Assembly: GCA_030141605.1 (NCBI GenBank)
Contig: JAQGDQ010000031.1
Location: 868,001-932,000, forward strand
DNA length: 64,000 nucleotides
Direction of reading: 5' to 3'
Origin: Tubiluchus corallicola
Lineage: Eukaryota > Animalia > Priapulida
Shown one piece after another: positions 1 through 14,548 of the stretch. The notes under the pieces were generated by a model. The model was not told where the DNA came from. It did no database searches and saw nothing but the letters and a program-made list of their open reading frames with translations. Numbering within the stretch: position 1 is the first letter of the stretch; each line of letters opens with the position of its first letter. The position numbers and the translations under genes are program-made.

Positions 1-289
1 TTTGTTGCAGTTAAATGGCGCGTCTTAAGTATTTTACACGCAGATTTGCATGCTGTGAAATTTAATGCAGAGATGGAGTTGTGAACTTTTTTGAAGTTTT
101 AAAAATATTTTTTTTCGACTTTTATGATTAATTTATTATTGTTGCTGGCGTTGTTGTTGTTGTCCTTTTCCTTGCCGTTGCTGCTATTAACTACTATTAT
201 CAGGCATAATCTATCAGTTACAGTCACTGCAAATGAAAGAAACAACAGTTCTATTATGTCGTACACTTATATGGGTCATATCGTGTAAC

Positions 290-760
290 ATTAGATATTT
301 ATATTGTATTGGGCATAAGAAGCATAATTACGCTTATTCAAACCCAATAGATCTGGAGTATTCTGGGTGTATGCAGTCATTGTTTGGGCTCTGCAATACG
401 TATCTTTTAAAGAAAAGTTGGAAAAGGTTCAACGAAGATGTCTACGTCTTGCTAGCGATCTGGATATTAACAAAATATCTACCTTAGAGGAGAGACGACA
501 CAATTGATCTTGTCACAGTTTTGAATCCGAATGATTTTTTTGAACGTCCTCATAGAGAGTTACTTGGTCGTGAACGGAAACTACATGTCAGATACCCTCG
601 CACAAATATAAGGAAGCACTTTTTATCCAAACGTGCTGTGCGAAAGTGGAACAATCTAGGCAGTGATATTGTTAATGCCCCCAGTGTTGAGTGGTTTAAA
701 CGAGCACTGAGGGGAGTGCGTTGAAAGCATTTTTTATATGATAGGGCTTTTACAACTTTT
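290..760 (+). mobile_element. Degenerate 3' fragment of a CR1-like LINE ORF2
   Basis: Broken frames translate to VYAVIVWA...KLEKVQRRCLRL and RKHFLSKRAVRKWNNLGSDIVNAPSVEWFKRAL, typical of the CR1-group ORF2 C-terminus. Confidence 0.75.
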
Positions 761-864
761 GAAGTAAGAATCTACGGTAATATGCGGTAATGAGTGGAAA
801 AAGAAAAAGGGTAAAAAAGATTTAATGGAAAAGAAATAATTCTAGTGGAATGATGTAAGATGAA

Positions 865-1435
865 AGAACAATTTATTTGACACATGCAAATCAGAAGAGT
901 ATAATATACAATGCTGACAATAATAGTTGCTTAAGTGTGGGAGTAGCTTCATGACTGCAAGCAGTTTCAAGGAAGCTACCCTTCAGTAGAAAAGTGACAG
1001 GATCCATATTAAATTTGCTTACTTGGACGATTTTCCATCTTATGTTTCAGCAATGGAACTCAGTTTTTGCTTTAAAATTTGATTGAATTTTTAGTGACTA
1101 CATAGTTTGTTTTTTTTTTCTTAATTTTTTTCACTGTACTGTTACATAATCAATTATGGTTTCTGTTTTTCACTGAACTTGATACATTTATCAATGCTGA
1201 ATATTTGGTGCTTATATTTTTTTTAAATACTAGTATTCTTGTTTGATGAGATGCCATTGGCCTTTAAGACTGATTTTCAATCAGTTTAATTTACTTTGTC
1301 ATTGAAACCTTCATAATCACCACTATTATGCAGAGTGTGAGCAAACTTTCCTTGGTTCATATTTATAGCAAAATTTCTTGATTCTCACATAATGCAGAAC
1401 TTTATTTGTTTATTCTCCTTAAACATAATTATCTG
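865..1435 (-). mobile_element. Possible highly degenerate LINE 3' end
   Basis: Stem-loop gtagcttc...gaagctac near 943..980 followed on the minus strand by AATAAA near 871; coding remnant very eroded. Confidence 0.3.
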
Positions 1436-1439
1436 GCTT

Positions 1440-2392
1440 AATAACTCGTTAGCCTTACAAGATTAGGTGACGAAACAGAAATGGTGCATAGCCCTGGGCA
1501 GGCTAGGGACAGCAGTTTGATGACCTCTAATCTCTGGTCAAGGGGTAGGGGCTGTGTCGTTCTGTTTTTCCATTACTTCGCATCTCCTTCACATGTATTT
1601 AGGTATTGTGGGGTAGGTGTCCAGCGGTGACTTTAAAAATTAGGGATTCCTTAACGGCCGGAGATATAACCCAAAATCAGAAAACAGGGCTATCTATGTC
1701 TGTAACTCCATAAGCATAAGACATATAACAAAATTTGCAGGGTAGACGCTTGAGTTAGGTGCTCAGAGAATAGTATAGGAAAGGCGACCTCTGGGTCAAA
1801 GGTCACAGCAAAGTACTGCAAATGACTTTGTCACTAAGCTGTTTTTATATTAGGAGACTGTTTTTGCATGTATGGATATCTAAGAAGAGGTAGATATGCA
1901 CTAAGAAAGTGGATGTGGCCAGGTCACATGACATGGGCATAAGTGTTAAAACAGGGCTTGTTAATAATTAGGAAACTAAATGAAATTTGTAGGTAGATAT
2001 CTGGGGCATGGGCTCAGACAACTGAACACTGCTTGGTGACCTAGGGTGTAAGGGTCAAGGACAGTAGATATATGTAAGTTTTTTGTCAGGCCCTCTCTCC
2101 TACTGTTTTTGGTACGTGACTAAATGGGCCTAAGCTAAGTTTTTTTGTACGGCAAATATGGGCCATTTGGATAGTGAAAAAATTTTCACTAGCAGCCAAA
2201 GTTGAAAATGGGCAGGTTGGCACAGATGTTTTTCCAGTCTTTAAGAATAGTAACTTGTAGTATGTCAAATGAAGGGTCTCAGTGAAACAAATTAATTGGT
2301 ATAAGTTAAGCAAAATTGATATCTCTAATCCCACAAGGGGCAAAATAGCGATCAGAGAGACAAATGCATTCCAGTGTCGACTGAAGCTTGTA
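1440..2392 (+). mobile_element. Putative non-autonomous Helentron/HINE-like element with diverged internal repeats
   Basis: Recurring modules aaatttg(c/t)ag..gtaga..gctcaga..gacct..ggtcaa(a)gg near 1730-1806 and 1983-2060, plus a related gacct..ggtcaagg near 1522-1545. Family inferred from motif recall. Confidence 0.4.
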
Positions 2393-5300
2393 GCATGTCA
2401 AATAAACTTTGGGTCTCAATGAGATGAATTGAATGGTATGATGGTAGGAGATCGGTTGTTCTTTTATTCACGGATCGAAAAGTCACAAGTTGCGATTTCA
2501 TTATAACTTTCAATAAAAAGTTGGCATCTTTTCAAGGCCTAATTCTTTAGCTATTAATTGTAAAAATCTTCAGTTTCTGATGTTGTCAGGAACATTGTCA
2601 ACTAGTAGATTCTAGTTTGTATCAAGTTTAAGTAGACATCTGTGCCGAGAAAGGATTGCTTGCCTCTGCTCGATTGATTAAGTCTGGATTACTCGTTATG
2701 ATTAGGTCGCTAATGTTGTTCTCTCTAGTTGGCTAGTTGATGAGCTGAGTCAAGTGGTTATTCTCCAGGGCATTTTGAAATATCTGCAGTTCCAGTTCCC
2801 TTTTAGCTAAATTTTGTTCTTATGTTGCAGTTAACCATAACAGTGCTCAGTATTATTGAGTCTGGCACAGAAATGATTTATTTGTATGTGGTACATTACA
2901 TAGTTTCCTTTTGTAGCTTCTTCAATGAAACGATTGATTTACCCTTCCATTTCTGCACCATTATGTAGCACTGCACAGATCTGTGGTAAACACAGAGTTC
3001 TGCTTGTGTCAACACTGCCTTTTACAAATGGTTATCGAACGTGTGCATCAAGTCACCATTTATATCTGTTTGCACAACGCTACTATTCCGAAATAATTTC
3101 ATGCTTTCTTGTATATTCGGACAGTAGCTCCCAAAATAACCTGGGTGATGAACCTTTATAGATCAAAGCTATTCGTTGTTTGTGCTGTAATGACAACGTC
3201 CACGAACACTACAAAAACATACATAATCGGTTGATCAAGTGCTGATATTTTTAGTGGAACTTACAATTCTGCAGTCACTTGCAACATCATTCATTTTTTG
3301 TGTATATGCATGTTTTATTGTATCTGCCACGTATGGCTTCTAATTAGTTATAAAATGCAATTAGTAAACTTATACAATGCAATTAGTAATGATAATTAAA
3401 CTCTTTGAAGGACACAACATTTAGTCCAGCTAACAGCATCTATGTATATAAAGTACCAAATCAAAATAAGGTTAGAAGTCATAAATAAATGTTAGGCACT
3501 TCCTAGGCTTAGTTGGTCGTAATCTCAATTGCAAGATTTTTGAAAATTAATAACGGGACAGTTCAATAGTTCTTTAAATTTTTGAATCCAGCTATAGTCT
3601 TATTGAAACTAGATTTGGACTAGCAACTTTTGAATTATGTGCTTGATGTATGAGATCGCTCTGCACCTTTCAACTAATGAAGACAGGATTTGATGCAATA
3701 CTAATAGAGCTCTCGCCAACTTCCTCCATTTCAAGTGCTAGTTTATCCTCAGTAGACTAATTAGTAAGTTATTCTAATTAATTTTGCGCCTAAGTGATCC
3801 AGTGGGTAGCTCAAAGATTCCTGGCTTAAAATCCACTTCATTAATTAAATGTGCATTAGCTTGATTGCAAGGTTACTAGTTATGCACGATTTATTGATTC
3901 TTTTGAAGGAAATATAGCGAAATGAAGGAAATCTAAAAATAATTGGCCGTGACCTCGGATATGCCTCTGATAACAAGGAACTTTTCGCCGCAGCCAAGAA
4001 TAAATGGTCTACAGATATTTTTTCTGCAAGTTTATGCTTTGCGTTATATATTAATTGTCTGACTTCGGTGAATTAGTAAGCTACTCGGCTTTTACCTTCA
4101 GAATTTTCATTATTGTTTGACTTCCTGCATAGGTTGCGCTAATGGTTGCTCGCCATCATTCGTATTATGTTCTTATTACATTTAGATGGTGGCGAGATGA
4201 GTTTTGTCCAATTCGATTATAAAGCGATGCTGTGCCACAAGGGTCTGCCCTAGATGCATTCCTAATGCAATCTGTGCTTGTTAAAGCCACCACTAGGGTG
4301 GCCTATTACCCGTAGATGGATTGAATCTTTTGGGGTGCGAAACGTTAATGATAATTTTGCTGCCAAGTATATAAGTAAATTTGCTGTATTATCAAAATCA
4401 CATTGCGTTTTAGGGTGCCTTTCAAAAGTTCCTTGTTATTTTTAAAAATACATTAAAAATCAATAAGAATTGTACCAGAAGCCAAATGACAATTTCCAGA
4501 GAGTCCCAGTGGCTTCAGACTTGGCTTCATAAATCTCGTGCAGTGATTTTGACATATGTATATCCACGCATCACACATTTTCTAAATCAATGCAGAGATA
4601 AATTTACAGTTTTCTAAAGAAACAGTGTGACATCATAAAAAAATGGTAAGTCCAAAAAATTATCAACTATTGTCCAAGAACTTACCACAAGACAAATGCT
4701 TTTGGTCAGTTAGCTGCAAAGAAAAATGAAAATGAAATTAGTGAGAGATTTCTGAAATGCTTGCATTATCAGGAATACAGGGATTCTCTCACGTCAAATC
4801 TGGTAGTGTTGTGAGATACTGCTACTTGTTTGAAGACCTGTCTGACTGCTTAGTTTTGGGTAAAAAAAATCCTGGCCGGTCAGTTATTGTTTTCTTCATC
4901 TGAGGTATCCTAAACTGAGAAAAGCGTTAAATTACCTGCTGCTTTGTGATTTTTCAATTACTAGATAAAACTGTTTTGATTGTGATCAGGGTCAGCAGGA
5001 GTATGTATGACGATTGTTTGTTTTAATGCGAAGCTTGTAAACGTTCAGCTGAAATTCGCTGGGAATCGAATGTTTTGGGCTGAAATATTGATGTTGTAAT
5101 CTGTGCATAGTTTGATTTGTCAGCAGCTTTTATCAAGGTGTCCTCTAATGAGTTAGTATGGAAAAGGGTTTATTTCTGGCTGATACTTGTAGTTTTTGTC
5201 TTCTCGTAAAGGTGATTGTGGTGACCGTGATGACATAGAGGACGCGTATTGACGAATGCTCTTGAGATTCACAAGAACTGCACGCATCACTGAAAAGGAA

Positions 5301-8300
5301 ATACTCAAAATATTAAGATTCTTATTCTCAGGAAACAATTTTTTATTAAAATGTATTTGCTCATAAATGTATTTTTATAATTTGTCGCCCCGAATGGGCT
5401 ACGGATAATATATTTTGTAGTTGGTATTAGTTCCTAAACTCCATTTCATGCTTGCGGTGATTCAGAAGTATTTGCTGTTTGCATAGAATTTGCTAAACGC
5501 TTTCCAGATGCCATTTTTCTTTCTGATGCAGCGTGTTTTATACGTAGGAGAGCAGTTGACAATGCAATAAGAACAACAACAATAATAACACTCAGATGAG
5601 TAGTGATCTAGGTCAGGTCCCTTGGTCCAGGTCCTTTGGTCGAGTTAGTTGACCAAAAAACATTTGTAGTCACTGTAATGTCGACCTGTACTTGTTAATG
5701 TAGTACCTAAAAAGTATCTTAAGGCTAATATTCAAACTAAACTAAATTAATTTTTAATTTCATTTCTTTTTTTTAATTTCGTAATTAAGGCAGAATGCAT
5801 TTAGTGTAAGGTATGTAGCAATGCGTAAGGCATGCGTGCATTTGGTAATATCTGAGTACCAATTATTGTCAGGGTACATAATGCATAATGAGAATTACAC
5901 AATAGATGTACCTCTATTGAAGATTAGAGTCTTGCCCATTAATATGATTGATTGCTTCGACAATCAGTGTGGCGCCATTGGGCGACCGATTTGGCAGTTG
6001 CTTCTGCGCTGTGATGTAAAGTGCCCAGGTACTAACGCAACGCTTATTTTTTTTATAATAAAAATAAAAACCGGCTTGGATTGAGCGGGAACATGAATGG
6101 AAACGGTAGTAATAGATGATACAACGAATTGTCTTAATTTTCATTTCTTGAGTTAAGCCTTGTGGCTAAATCAACTTTTGTTCAGTCAATCATGCTAAAT
6201 GTATAAAGATCATTGAATAGTCACCGTTCGAATTTTGCATAGAAATGAAAATCGTGCTAATATATTTGTGAGTCAGCAGGCCTATTTTATTCTATAATTG
6301 CTAACCTCAAAAGAAAAATACTCTTATGGGTGATAAGTGAGAGTACACAGTATATGTGCAAAGCATGATTGTACATATTTGTGAGGTTGCAAATTGCAAA
6401 ATAGGATTTTTGTGCCTGAACTTGTCTGTGTAGAAACAAACTGTGTCTGCCGTGTAAGTTTGTTTTCTGTCTATAAGAAAAATATACGTTTAGCAGCACG
6501 GGAGGACGAAACATCTGCTTGGATAAGGTCCTTGCATGTTTAAAAAACGAATTAAAGTTTTTTTAAATCAATATAATATGACTTAACTAAAACGTCTATT
6601 CTTCCGATAAATAGTTAAATAATTAAATTCAGAAATAATAGTTAAATAGATAACTAAACAAACATAATGTTTGTACAATTATACTTGTCTATAAAAAATC
6701 GGTATTTCCAGATCACTCGTTTTTTGCTCTTGCTTATACGTTAGCAGTTTGAAGATGAAGACTACAGCAATTTGATTGAGGAAGTTAAGTGATGTTGTTA
6801 TTTCGGTCGTGTCTGGCGCTTTTCCAGTCTCAATCTCTAATTAGTGCTTTTCATCTCTAAAAGCTTTCCAACAATAGACGAGTGATAAAATTGCTTAAGA
6901 GTGAAGAGCTGAAAGGGGAGGTCTTCGGAAGCATTTGCTGACTGCAGAAATGTTCGACGAATGCTATTTAAGAGCAGCGGAAAGATTTGAAATGAGTGGG
7001 CAGTACATTTGCTTGAAATGGATAGAATCAGCTGAAGTAGACGTGCCTAAAGTACATGTGCCTTCCTTAAATTCAGAATCTTTTTTGAGCATCGGAAAAT
7101 AGTAGAAACAAGAGACGCATTACAAACGGAAACGGAACCATGAATTGTGAGGGAGTCTATATTAATTGGAAATAGCTGCGTCAACAATGCAAGCAACGAT
7201 ACACATGCCGTGCCGAAGTTTTGGATGCTGCTGTCCGACTGGCGCCTGGTTTTCGAGGTGATTCGTCCAAAGTTGGCGTCCAAGCAGTGAGCGGTTAATG
7301 TAATAATCAATCAATAAGCAGCACCAGCGAGGAGTGGAGAGCGCTGGGCTTCATTACGACTCTCATTCATTCCCCACTATGCTGCACGTGATTACGCACT
7401 GAACTTCTGCTTCTGACAGAATGAAATGCATGCTGGTGTGTAAATAGGCTGTTGGTGTGTGATGAGAGAGACTTCCAACTGATTGTAATTGGGACCATTT
7501 TGAAGATCAGTGACTTATCCTGCTGAAAGACCCAGAGCTGAAGTTGGCTGTAAGTAGAATATCAGAAATCTCTCTCACTCGTTCCCATTCTCTCTCTTTT
7601 TCTCTCTCTTTCTGGTTCTCACCCGCCCTCTGTGTGTCGTCCCTTACCCTCTCTCCTGTTTTTTTTAATTTGCATGGTCAAATTGCTCTGCTTCCTTCTT
7701 TCTTGTTTGTCTTATTCTATAGATCACACTTGGTCATTTCTCCTGGCAGAAACATATAAAATCGCTTAGTGATAAATGCGATTATCAGCGGGACTAATTT
7801 CGCTGTTGTTTGTTTCCTCGGATACCGCATCAGTTACGTCACTGGAATGCGGTGGTGATCAACGCATGAAATTTCCAGAATTTCAACTTATCGTATGTGT
7901 GCTATTGCATCAGCAAATTACATGACACTGGCTGTGTGTGCTGTTTGCAAAATAGTTTTCTGTTGTAGATTCTAATTATAGCCATTAGTTTTCTATTCCA
8001 CGTATTCGTTTCTGATTTTTTACTTTTTTCTAATACTGATCGTGGAAAATTCTTGCTTGTACTGTTACCCGACCTACCGGATACATCTCACAAATCCTCA
8101 CAACATTTCGTATTAGATATCATTTTTATTTGTGATGCAGAATAAGTAAGATTTTCACCACACATTAACTATACGGACAAACCCTTCCAATATCAAATGA
8201 CTTTCGTAAATTTATATTGGGAATAAGATTTTACAAGTCGTTTTATGTGTTTGGAAACTAGTGACAAGCACTTCCAATTTATGTTGGAACAGATTTTACA

Positions 8301-9599
8301 AAATGTCTTCTGTAGTGTGACACAGACATTAGCAACGTTCATGACATGACATGACCAGCGGATGCAAGCCCCAACAGAAGAGGTGGAACTGTGTTGGAAT
8401 TCTTAATTTCCCAAATCGAATCTTTCAAAAACTGAAGAAGCAGCGGTTAACGGCTTTGCATTGAAACTGAAATTCATCAACGTTTCCTAACTGCTGGAGA
8501 TTATGGACCATGTTTTAAAACTTCTCGCTCTTGAACGTTTGGATACATTTCTTTAAAACACGTATGAATGAAAGTATAAAGAAATATAGAAGCGTATTAA
8601 CACAATTGCAGTCTTTAATAGTTAGTATGTCAGAGGTGTTACTCCATCTTCACCAAGGCAAAGTTGAAAAGTTGCAAAAATACCACCGAAACCATAACTT
8701 CGATAAAAGTTTGCAAAATTTTGCAGAAAGCGGATGTGCATTGGGTCGCCAACAAAATGCAATGACAAAGAACTCCCTGCATGTAAGCCTAGCACGAGAG
8801 GTGAAACTTCCCTAACAGCGGAGGCGGAAATGCAATATAACGATTATCAACAGCAAACCAAACCGACTAGATGATTGCCACCATTGATTATGTCAATATT
8901 GAATAAGATGACATCATCCATGCAATCATATTCATGATGGGAATTGCATTCACTGTTTTCCTGACGAGTTGTATGAGCAGTGTAGTCAAACATAATCCTG
9001 GTGAAATTAGACCACACTTGTACTGTGCAGCTGACTACGCTTTCATTATTCATCCACAAATCACATCTTCAGGGCTGACGGCTATTGTAAGATAAAGGCA
9101 TTGATCAATGATTTGTAAATGTCGATTGTCAGAAAACGAGACAATTTTGCTGTTCTTCGGTTTTCATACGTTTTTGTACAAACGTTTTGAGTTATGTGGA
9201 AGCAATTTCTGAGGATCGGTTAGTGTTTTTTGGATCAGATTTCATCTCATTGAAATTGCGTATCAAGTGAATTCCTTTGTTGACTGAAATGATTTCAAGT
9301 TTGTTGGTTTACACATTTCTAAATGGCACGATTAGATTTGTGTTGAACTTTTACTTATTTATCTAAAGCAATGGAAATTCAAATGGTACTTCCCAGAAAT
9401 GCTGTCTCACCAGCAGATCTTTTAGTCATTTCTGTAGCTAGCCAGCAGACAATTTTATTTTGCTCTAAATCGGTGTTTTGACTACGTTCCACATTTAGAT
9501 GTACATTCAGCTCAACGTTTCTAGCGATCAGCCATTTATTCAAATGATATCTGTCCACAGTTATATTGCTATTGCTGTGACTGGTACTAAATTCACATG

Positions 9600-9980
9600 A
9601 AAAGAAAGTCACAGAAAAGTCACCTTTCAGTTTTTTCTGTGACTTTTTTCTGTGACTTTTTTACCTGTGACGTGTTTACCTGGATTCGCTACTGCATATT
9701 GAAAGTGTGACATTTGCATCACAACGTGACAAACAATAAACATAATAATTAATTACTATGATCATTCTACAAAATGTTGTGGTTGTAGAATATAGATTTT
9801 AGAAAGCAAAAACTGCATAAACAGGTGAGTGGTAATGAAGTCATAGGAAAAAAGTCATGGAAAGAAGTCACAAATTTAGCTAGGAAAAGAAGTTACAGGA
9901 AAAACCCCTAACCCTAGCCAAAATTAATTATATCTTTTTTCCTATGACTTTTTTATCTGAGAATTTTTTACCTGAATTCG
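9600..9980. mobile_element. Fragments of a MITE family with (aaaaagtcacag)/(ctgtgacttttt) subterminal repeats; related copies near 21988..22078 and 54316..54390
   Basis: Inverted arrays of gtcacag/ctgtgac units, ends tttacctg(g/a)attc, internal ccctaacc motifs. Confidence 0.55.
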
Positions 9981-11429
9981 GGTCTATAGGGTTTGATGGA
10001 GTTTTTGCACTCTTATTTTCCCTGTCATAACCTTGCTGTTTTATCATTTTCCAGGAAATTGATGATCTGTCAGAGGTGACTTGCTCGTCAAGTAGAACAC
10101 TGTTCAGTGCAAAAAGGCATGCTCTTCTCGGGCACTCATGCTAGCATTCAATACAAATTTAATATTTTGACAGCCTGTATATTTAACTGTAACGTTTTTA
10201 ATGCCCTTCGTTGTTAATTTAATGTTTTTTGTTAAACGAAGGTCCATCTACAGTACAACAGGTGCTATGAAGCTTGCAAAGTTTATATTCTGCTGCAATT
10301 AATGTAACCAGTGGTACCAACCAAACTCAAATGAGCAAAAAAAAAACTTGTGTGTGGAAGTTGTTGACTCCGGTTTTGGTGCCGATGGGTTAAATTTATC
10401 GTTCAGATATAAAATGCACATAAAATTGTTATAAACCTCTGAAATTTGAAACGCAGAAAACGTGCACGTAGTGACATAGTGCACATGCGATCGTGCAGAA
10501 TTGAACGAATACCAGCAACGCCCTTGCACCAGGATGTAACTACAAAATAATCAAAAATTTAGCTTATTATAACCACGAATAACGTAAGTGGATGAATTGA
10601 TAATACAGTTGAATGTTAGGCCTAGGTCAACTGATAGTAATGTGTTAAAGAAAAAGAGCTTTTTCTCGCACAGCATGTACTCTTCTGGTTTGGTGTTTGA
10701 GGGTTAAATCTTGCTTTTTAATGCAGGCCTGTTGTAATCTAGTTTGTATTAATCAAAAGTAATCGATTGCTGGCCGACAAGGAGACGCCTTCCTGGATTT
10801 AATCAGTCCACAAGTCGGATAATAATTCATCATTCTTCTGAAATGAGCTGCAGTCTATCTAGTCACTGTATAATTCAGCGTAATTGAAGCCCGTGTGATT
10901 GAGTTATAGTAAGCGTGAAATACTTTTAGGATTTCGTAATCTGAACACTGAAGGTCTTGGTCGGTTTCTATTCTATAAAGAGGTTACATGAACATGAACT
11001 TGATGTTTGGACAGAATGTGCATGGTGTTCGATACTTCATCTGGTCTATCTGTGCATAAGTTTTATCTTGTAAGTTTTGACTTGTCCAGGTAGTAATGCA
11101 ACCTCAGACTTTTTAAATTAATGTGTCAACCTCAACCATATTTTTATTCGAACACTTTGCAAGTTACTTGTTCTTGTGTAGTTATAGTAATATGTTTTTA
11201 AGTGTATTGGAGAATATTTTCAATTTTGGAAGCATTAGCTCAAAATTTACTATTCAAAAAAGAAAAGAAGAATGGGAACAATCAAATTGTAATGATAAAT
11301 GTCTTTTATTAAACGGATGGACTTGAAGCTGACTAGCTGTGGCATGCTGTAGTTGTAAGAACTAGAAATATGCTAGATCAAAATTCAGCCTGTCGGTTTA
11401 GAATCAAATCGCACGGTAATATACATTAA

Positions 11430-11928
11430 CTGGAGACCATCTTAAACCTCGGTGTCAGACAAACATACGAAGCAAAGAAGCTTTCAAAATATATCTAATT
11501 GCGTTTTATCTTGCGTTTTAAGCGTTGTACCAAAAACAGGTGCTCTACCTCACAGCACAGACGTGTTCTGTTGAGACGTACTGCATGCGTTCGAGAGATC
11601 ACGCGTGAGTACTGTGGTAAATTTGAAATTTGAATTTTAAACTTTAAGTTTTCCGAATTTTTGTGTATCACACTGAATGTTTTACAGTAGTACTGTATTT
11701 CGCTTTCGCAGACACGTGCAACACGCTCGTGGAATGTTTGTGCTGTTGAAAATTATGTTCACTTGTGATGTCCGTCACTATTTGGGCTCGCCCGCCATTA
11801 ATTAAGTTTTTAACCTATCACTTAATTATCAGAAACGCTTTGGCATTATTATGGGTCATAAAATGTATACTTTATGCCGTACTTCAAAATAGAGTATAAT
11901 ATGAAAAATCATCCTGTTCTCGTTTAAG
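11430..11928 (+). mobile_element. Dispersed non-autonomous DNA transposon, copy 1 (TTAA-flanked, Kolobok-like)
   Basis: Colinear similarity with 27597..28188, e.g. ggtaaattt.aaatttgaatttt, acacgtgcaacac.ctc.tggaat, gctgttgaaaattatgttca.ttgtgatgtc, aaaaatcatcctgtt. Confidence 0.7.
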
Positions 11929-12590
11929 TGTATAATGGCTCAGTATAAACGGCGTCATTGAAACAACTTCACTTAAATCATTTATCTTGTTAAACTGCAT
12001 CAACAGCAAACTGCTTGAGTTTGAGTTATTATTTTGCAACACGGAATGTTGCGTGCTTATTCGTCGTTTAAATTCATTCAGGTCCACTTGCACACGCCAG
12101 GCTTACAAAAACTAATTACTGGCAACCTGTCATGCTATTTCAAACAACAACATCAATTTTAGCTTCATTTTGTACCTCTAGGGACGTAAAAATGCTTTCC
12201 AGGGCGACATTACGATTGTGCATAATAAGATATTGGTTTTACTCGTTTATAGGAACATTGTAAATATAGTGGCGTGCACACTTAAGAGGGCCTTCAGTAG
12301 AGGGACATCTTTGCTCCTAGTGGTTGGTGATTGTAGTAAATATATTTTTGCTCTATTATAATTGAAAGTAGGTGTTTAGTTTTACTATAAAGCTATTTGG
12401 AACTTGGAAGAGTTTTTCGTACAGCACTAGCTTACCATTTAGAAATAATTTTTCTAAGAATTTCTAATTTTGAAGTTACTATCAAAGTTCGTCTGTCGTA
12501 TTGCTCTTGATTATTTACCTCCTTCAGGCTGGATTAAGAGATTTATCTGAATTTGCACCCTACACCCTACTAAATATTGGTCATATATTT

Positions 12591-12946
12591 CAGGGCCGGA
12601 TTATAACCTTTTGGGGCCTCTAGGCTAATGAAATTATGGGTCCCACAGATCGAATATTTTCTCTTGAGATATATTTTATCAACATTTGCATAGTTGTGGG
12701 CTCCATATTTCAAATAAAGAGCTTTAAAGAGGGGCCCGTATCTCAAATAATCAAGGGCCTCAAACAAGGATCCTTTATCCCACTTGAGGAGCAACTTTAA
12801 AATTAGATTTTCAGACTTCCTGGTCTCTTTTTTAAAGTTGAAATTTTATTTTAAGTTATGAATTATTCAGTAATGCAGAGTAGGGGTCTCCAAGTTTGGG
12901 GGCCCTAGGCTGCACCTGTACTAGCTCATAGGGCAATCCAACCCTG
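12591..12946. mobile_element. hAT-like MITE
   Basis: Termini CAGGGCCGGATT / AATCCAACCCTG; CATATATT on both flanks (one extra T on the left); subterminal ggggcc(c) motifs. Confidence 0.7.
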
Positions 12947-13151
12947 CATATATTAGGCCGGAAAATTCACCTGGGCTCGCGCAAATGTGAAAAAATAATT
13001 TTAAATTTTTCAAGTGAAGTTGAAACTGTGACGTTTAAAGTTGAAACTTAAAAAATTTAATACTCTGCAGAAATTACGTGGAGACCGGATGATAAAACCG
13101 TACTTGGATTTCGTTTGACTGGATATCTTTATAGCAGGCGAGATCGGTGTT

Positions 13152-14548
13152 CCTTTGACTGATACTGCGGGCACACAGTATCTTTGACTGATACTGCGGG
13201 CACACAGTATCTTTGACTGATACTGCGGGCACACAGTACCTTTGACTGATACTGCAGGCACACAGTACCTTTGACTGATACTGCGGACATGACATACAGT
13301 ACCTTTGACTGCTATTGCGGACACACAGTATCTTTGACTGCTATTGCGGACACACAGTACCTTTGACTGATACTGCAGGCACACAGTACCTCTGATTGAT
13401 ATTGCGGACACACAGTACCTTTGACTGATACTGCAGGCACACAGTACCTTTGACTGATACTGCAGGCACACAGTACCTCTGATTGATATTGCGGACACAC
13501 AGTACCTTTGACTGATACTGCAGGCACATAGTGCCTTTGACTGCTATTGCGGACACACAGTACCTTTGACTGATACTGCAGGCACACAGTACCTTTGACT
13601 GATACTGCAGGCACACAGTACCTTTGACTGATACTGCAGGCACACAGTACCTTTGACTGATACTGCAGGCACACAGTACCTCTGATTGATATTGCGGACA
13701 CACAGTACCTTTGACTGATACTGCAGGCACACAGTACCTCTGATTGATATTGCGGACACACAGTACCTTTGACTGATACTGCAGGCACATAGTACCTTTG
13801 ACTGCTATTGCGGACACACAGTACCTTTGACTGATACTGCAGGCACACAGTACCTTTGACTGATACTGCGGGCACACAGTACCTTTGACTGATACTGCAG
13901 GCACACAGTACCTTTGACTGATACTGCGGACATGACTTGCATTATCATTGACTGATATTGCGGACACACAGTACCTTTGACTGCTATTGCGGACACACAG
14001 TATCTTTGACTGATACTGCGGACACACAGTACCTTTGACTGATACTGCAGGCACACAGTACCTTTGACTGATACTGCGGACACACAGTACCTTTGACTGA
14101 TACTGCGGGCACACAGTACCTTTGACTGATACTGCAGGCACACAGTACCTTTGACTGATACTGCAGGCACACAGTACCTCTGATTGATATTGCGGACACA
14201 CAGTACCTTTGACTGATACTGCAGGCACATAGTACCTTTGACTGCTATTGCGGACACACAGTACCTTTGACTGATACTGCAGGCACACAGTACCTTTGAC
14301 TGATACTGCAGGCACACAGTACCTTTGACTGATATTGCGGGCACACAGTACCTTTGACTGATACTGCAGGCACATAGTACCTTTGACTGCTATTGCGGAC
14401 ACACAGTATCTTTGACTGATACTGCGGGCACACAGTACCTTTGACTGATACTGCAGGCACACAGTACCTTTGACTGATACTGCGGGCACACAGTATCTTT
14501 GACTGCTATTGCGGACACACAGTATATCTTTGACTGATATTGCGGACA
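13152..14548. repeat. 29-bp minisatellite, about 48 copies, consensus CCTTTGACTGATACTGCAGGCACACAGTA
   Basis: Head-to-tail units with a few discrete variants; short interruptions near 13289 and 13931; followed by a short CAGA microsatellite. Confidence 0.97.

Noticed and set aside
13152-14548. CRISPR-like array (repeat length 29 nt)
   Set aside because: Units are head to tail with no unique spacers, there are no cas genes, and the context is eukaryotic.
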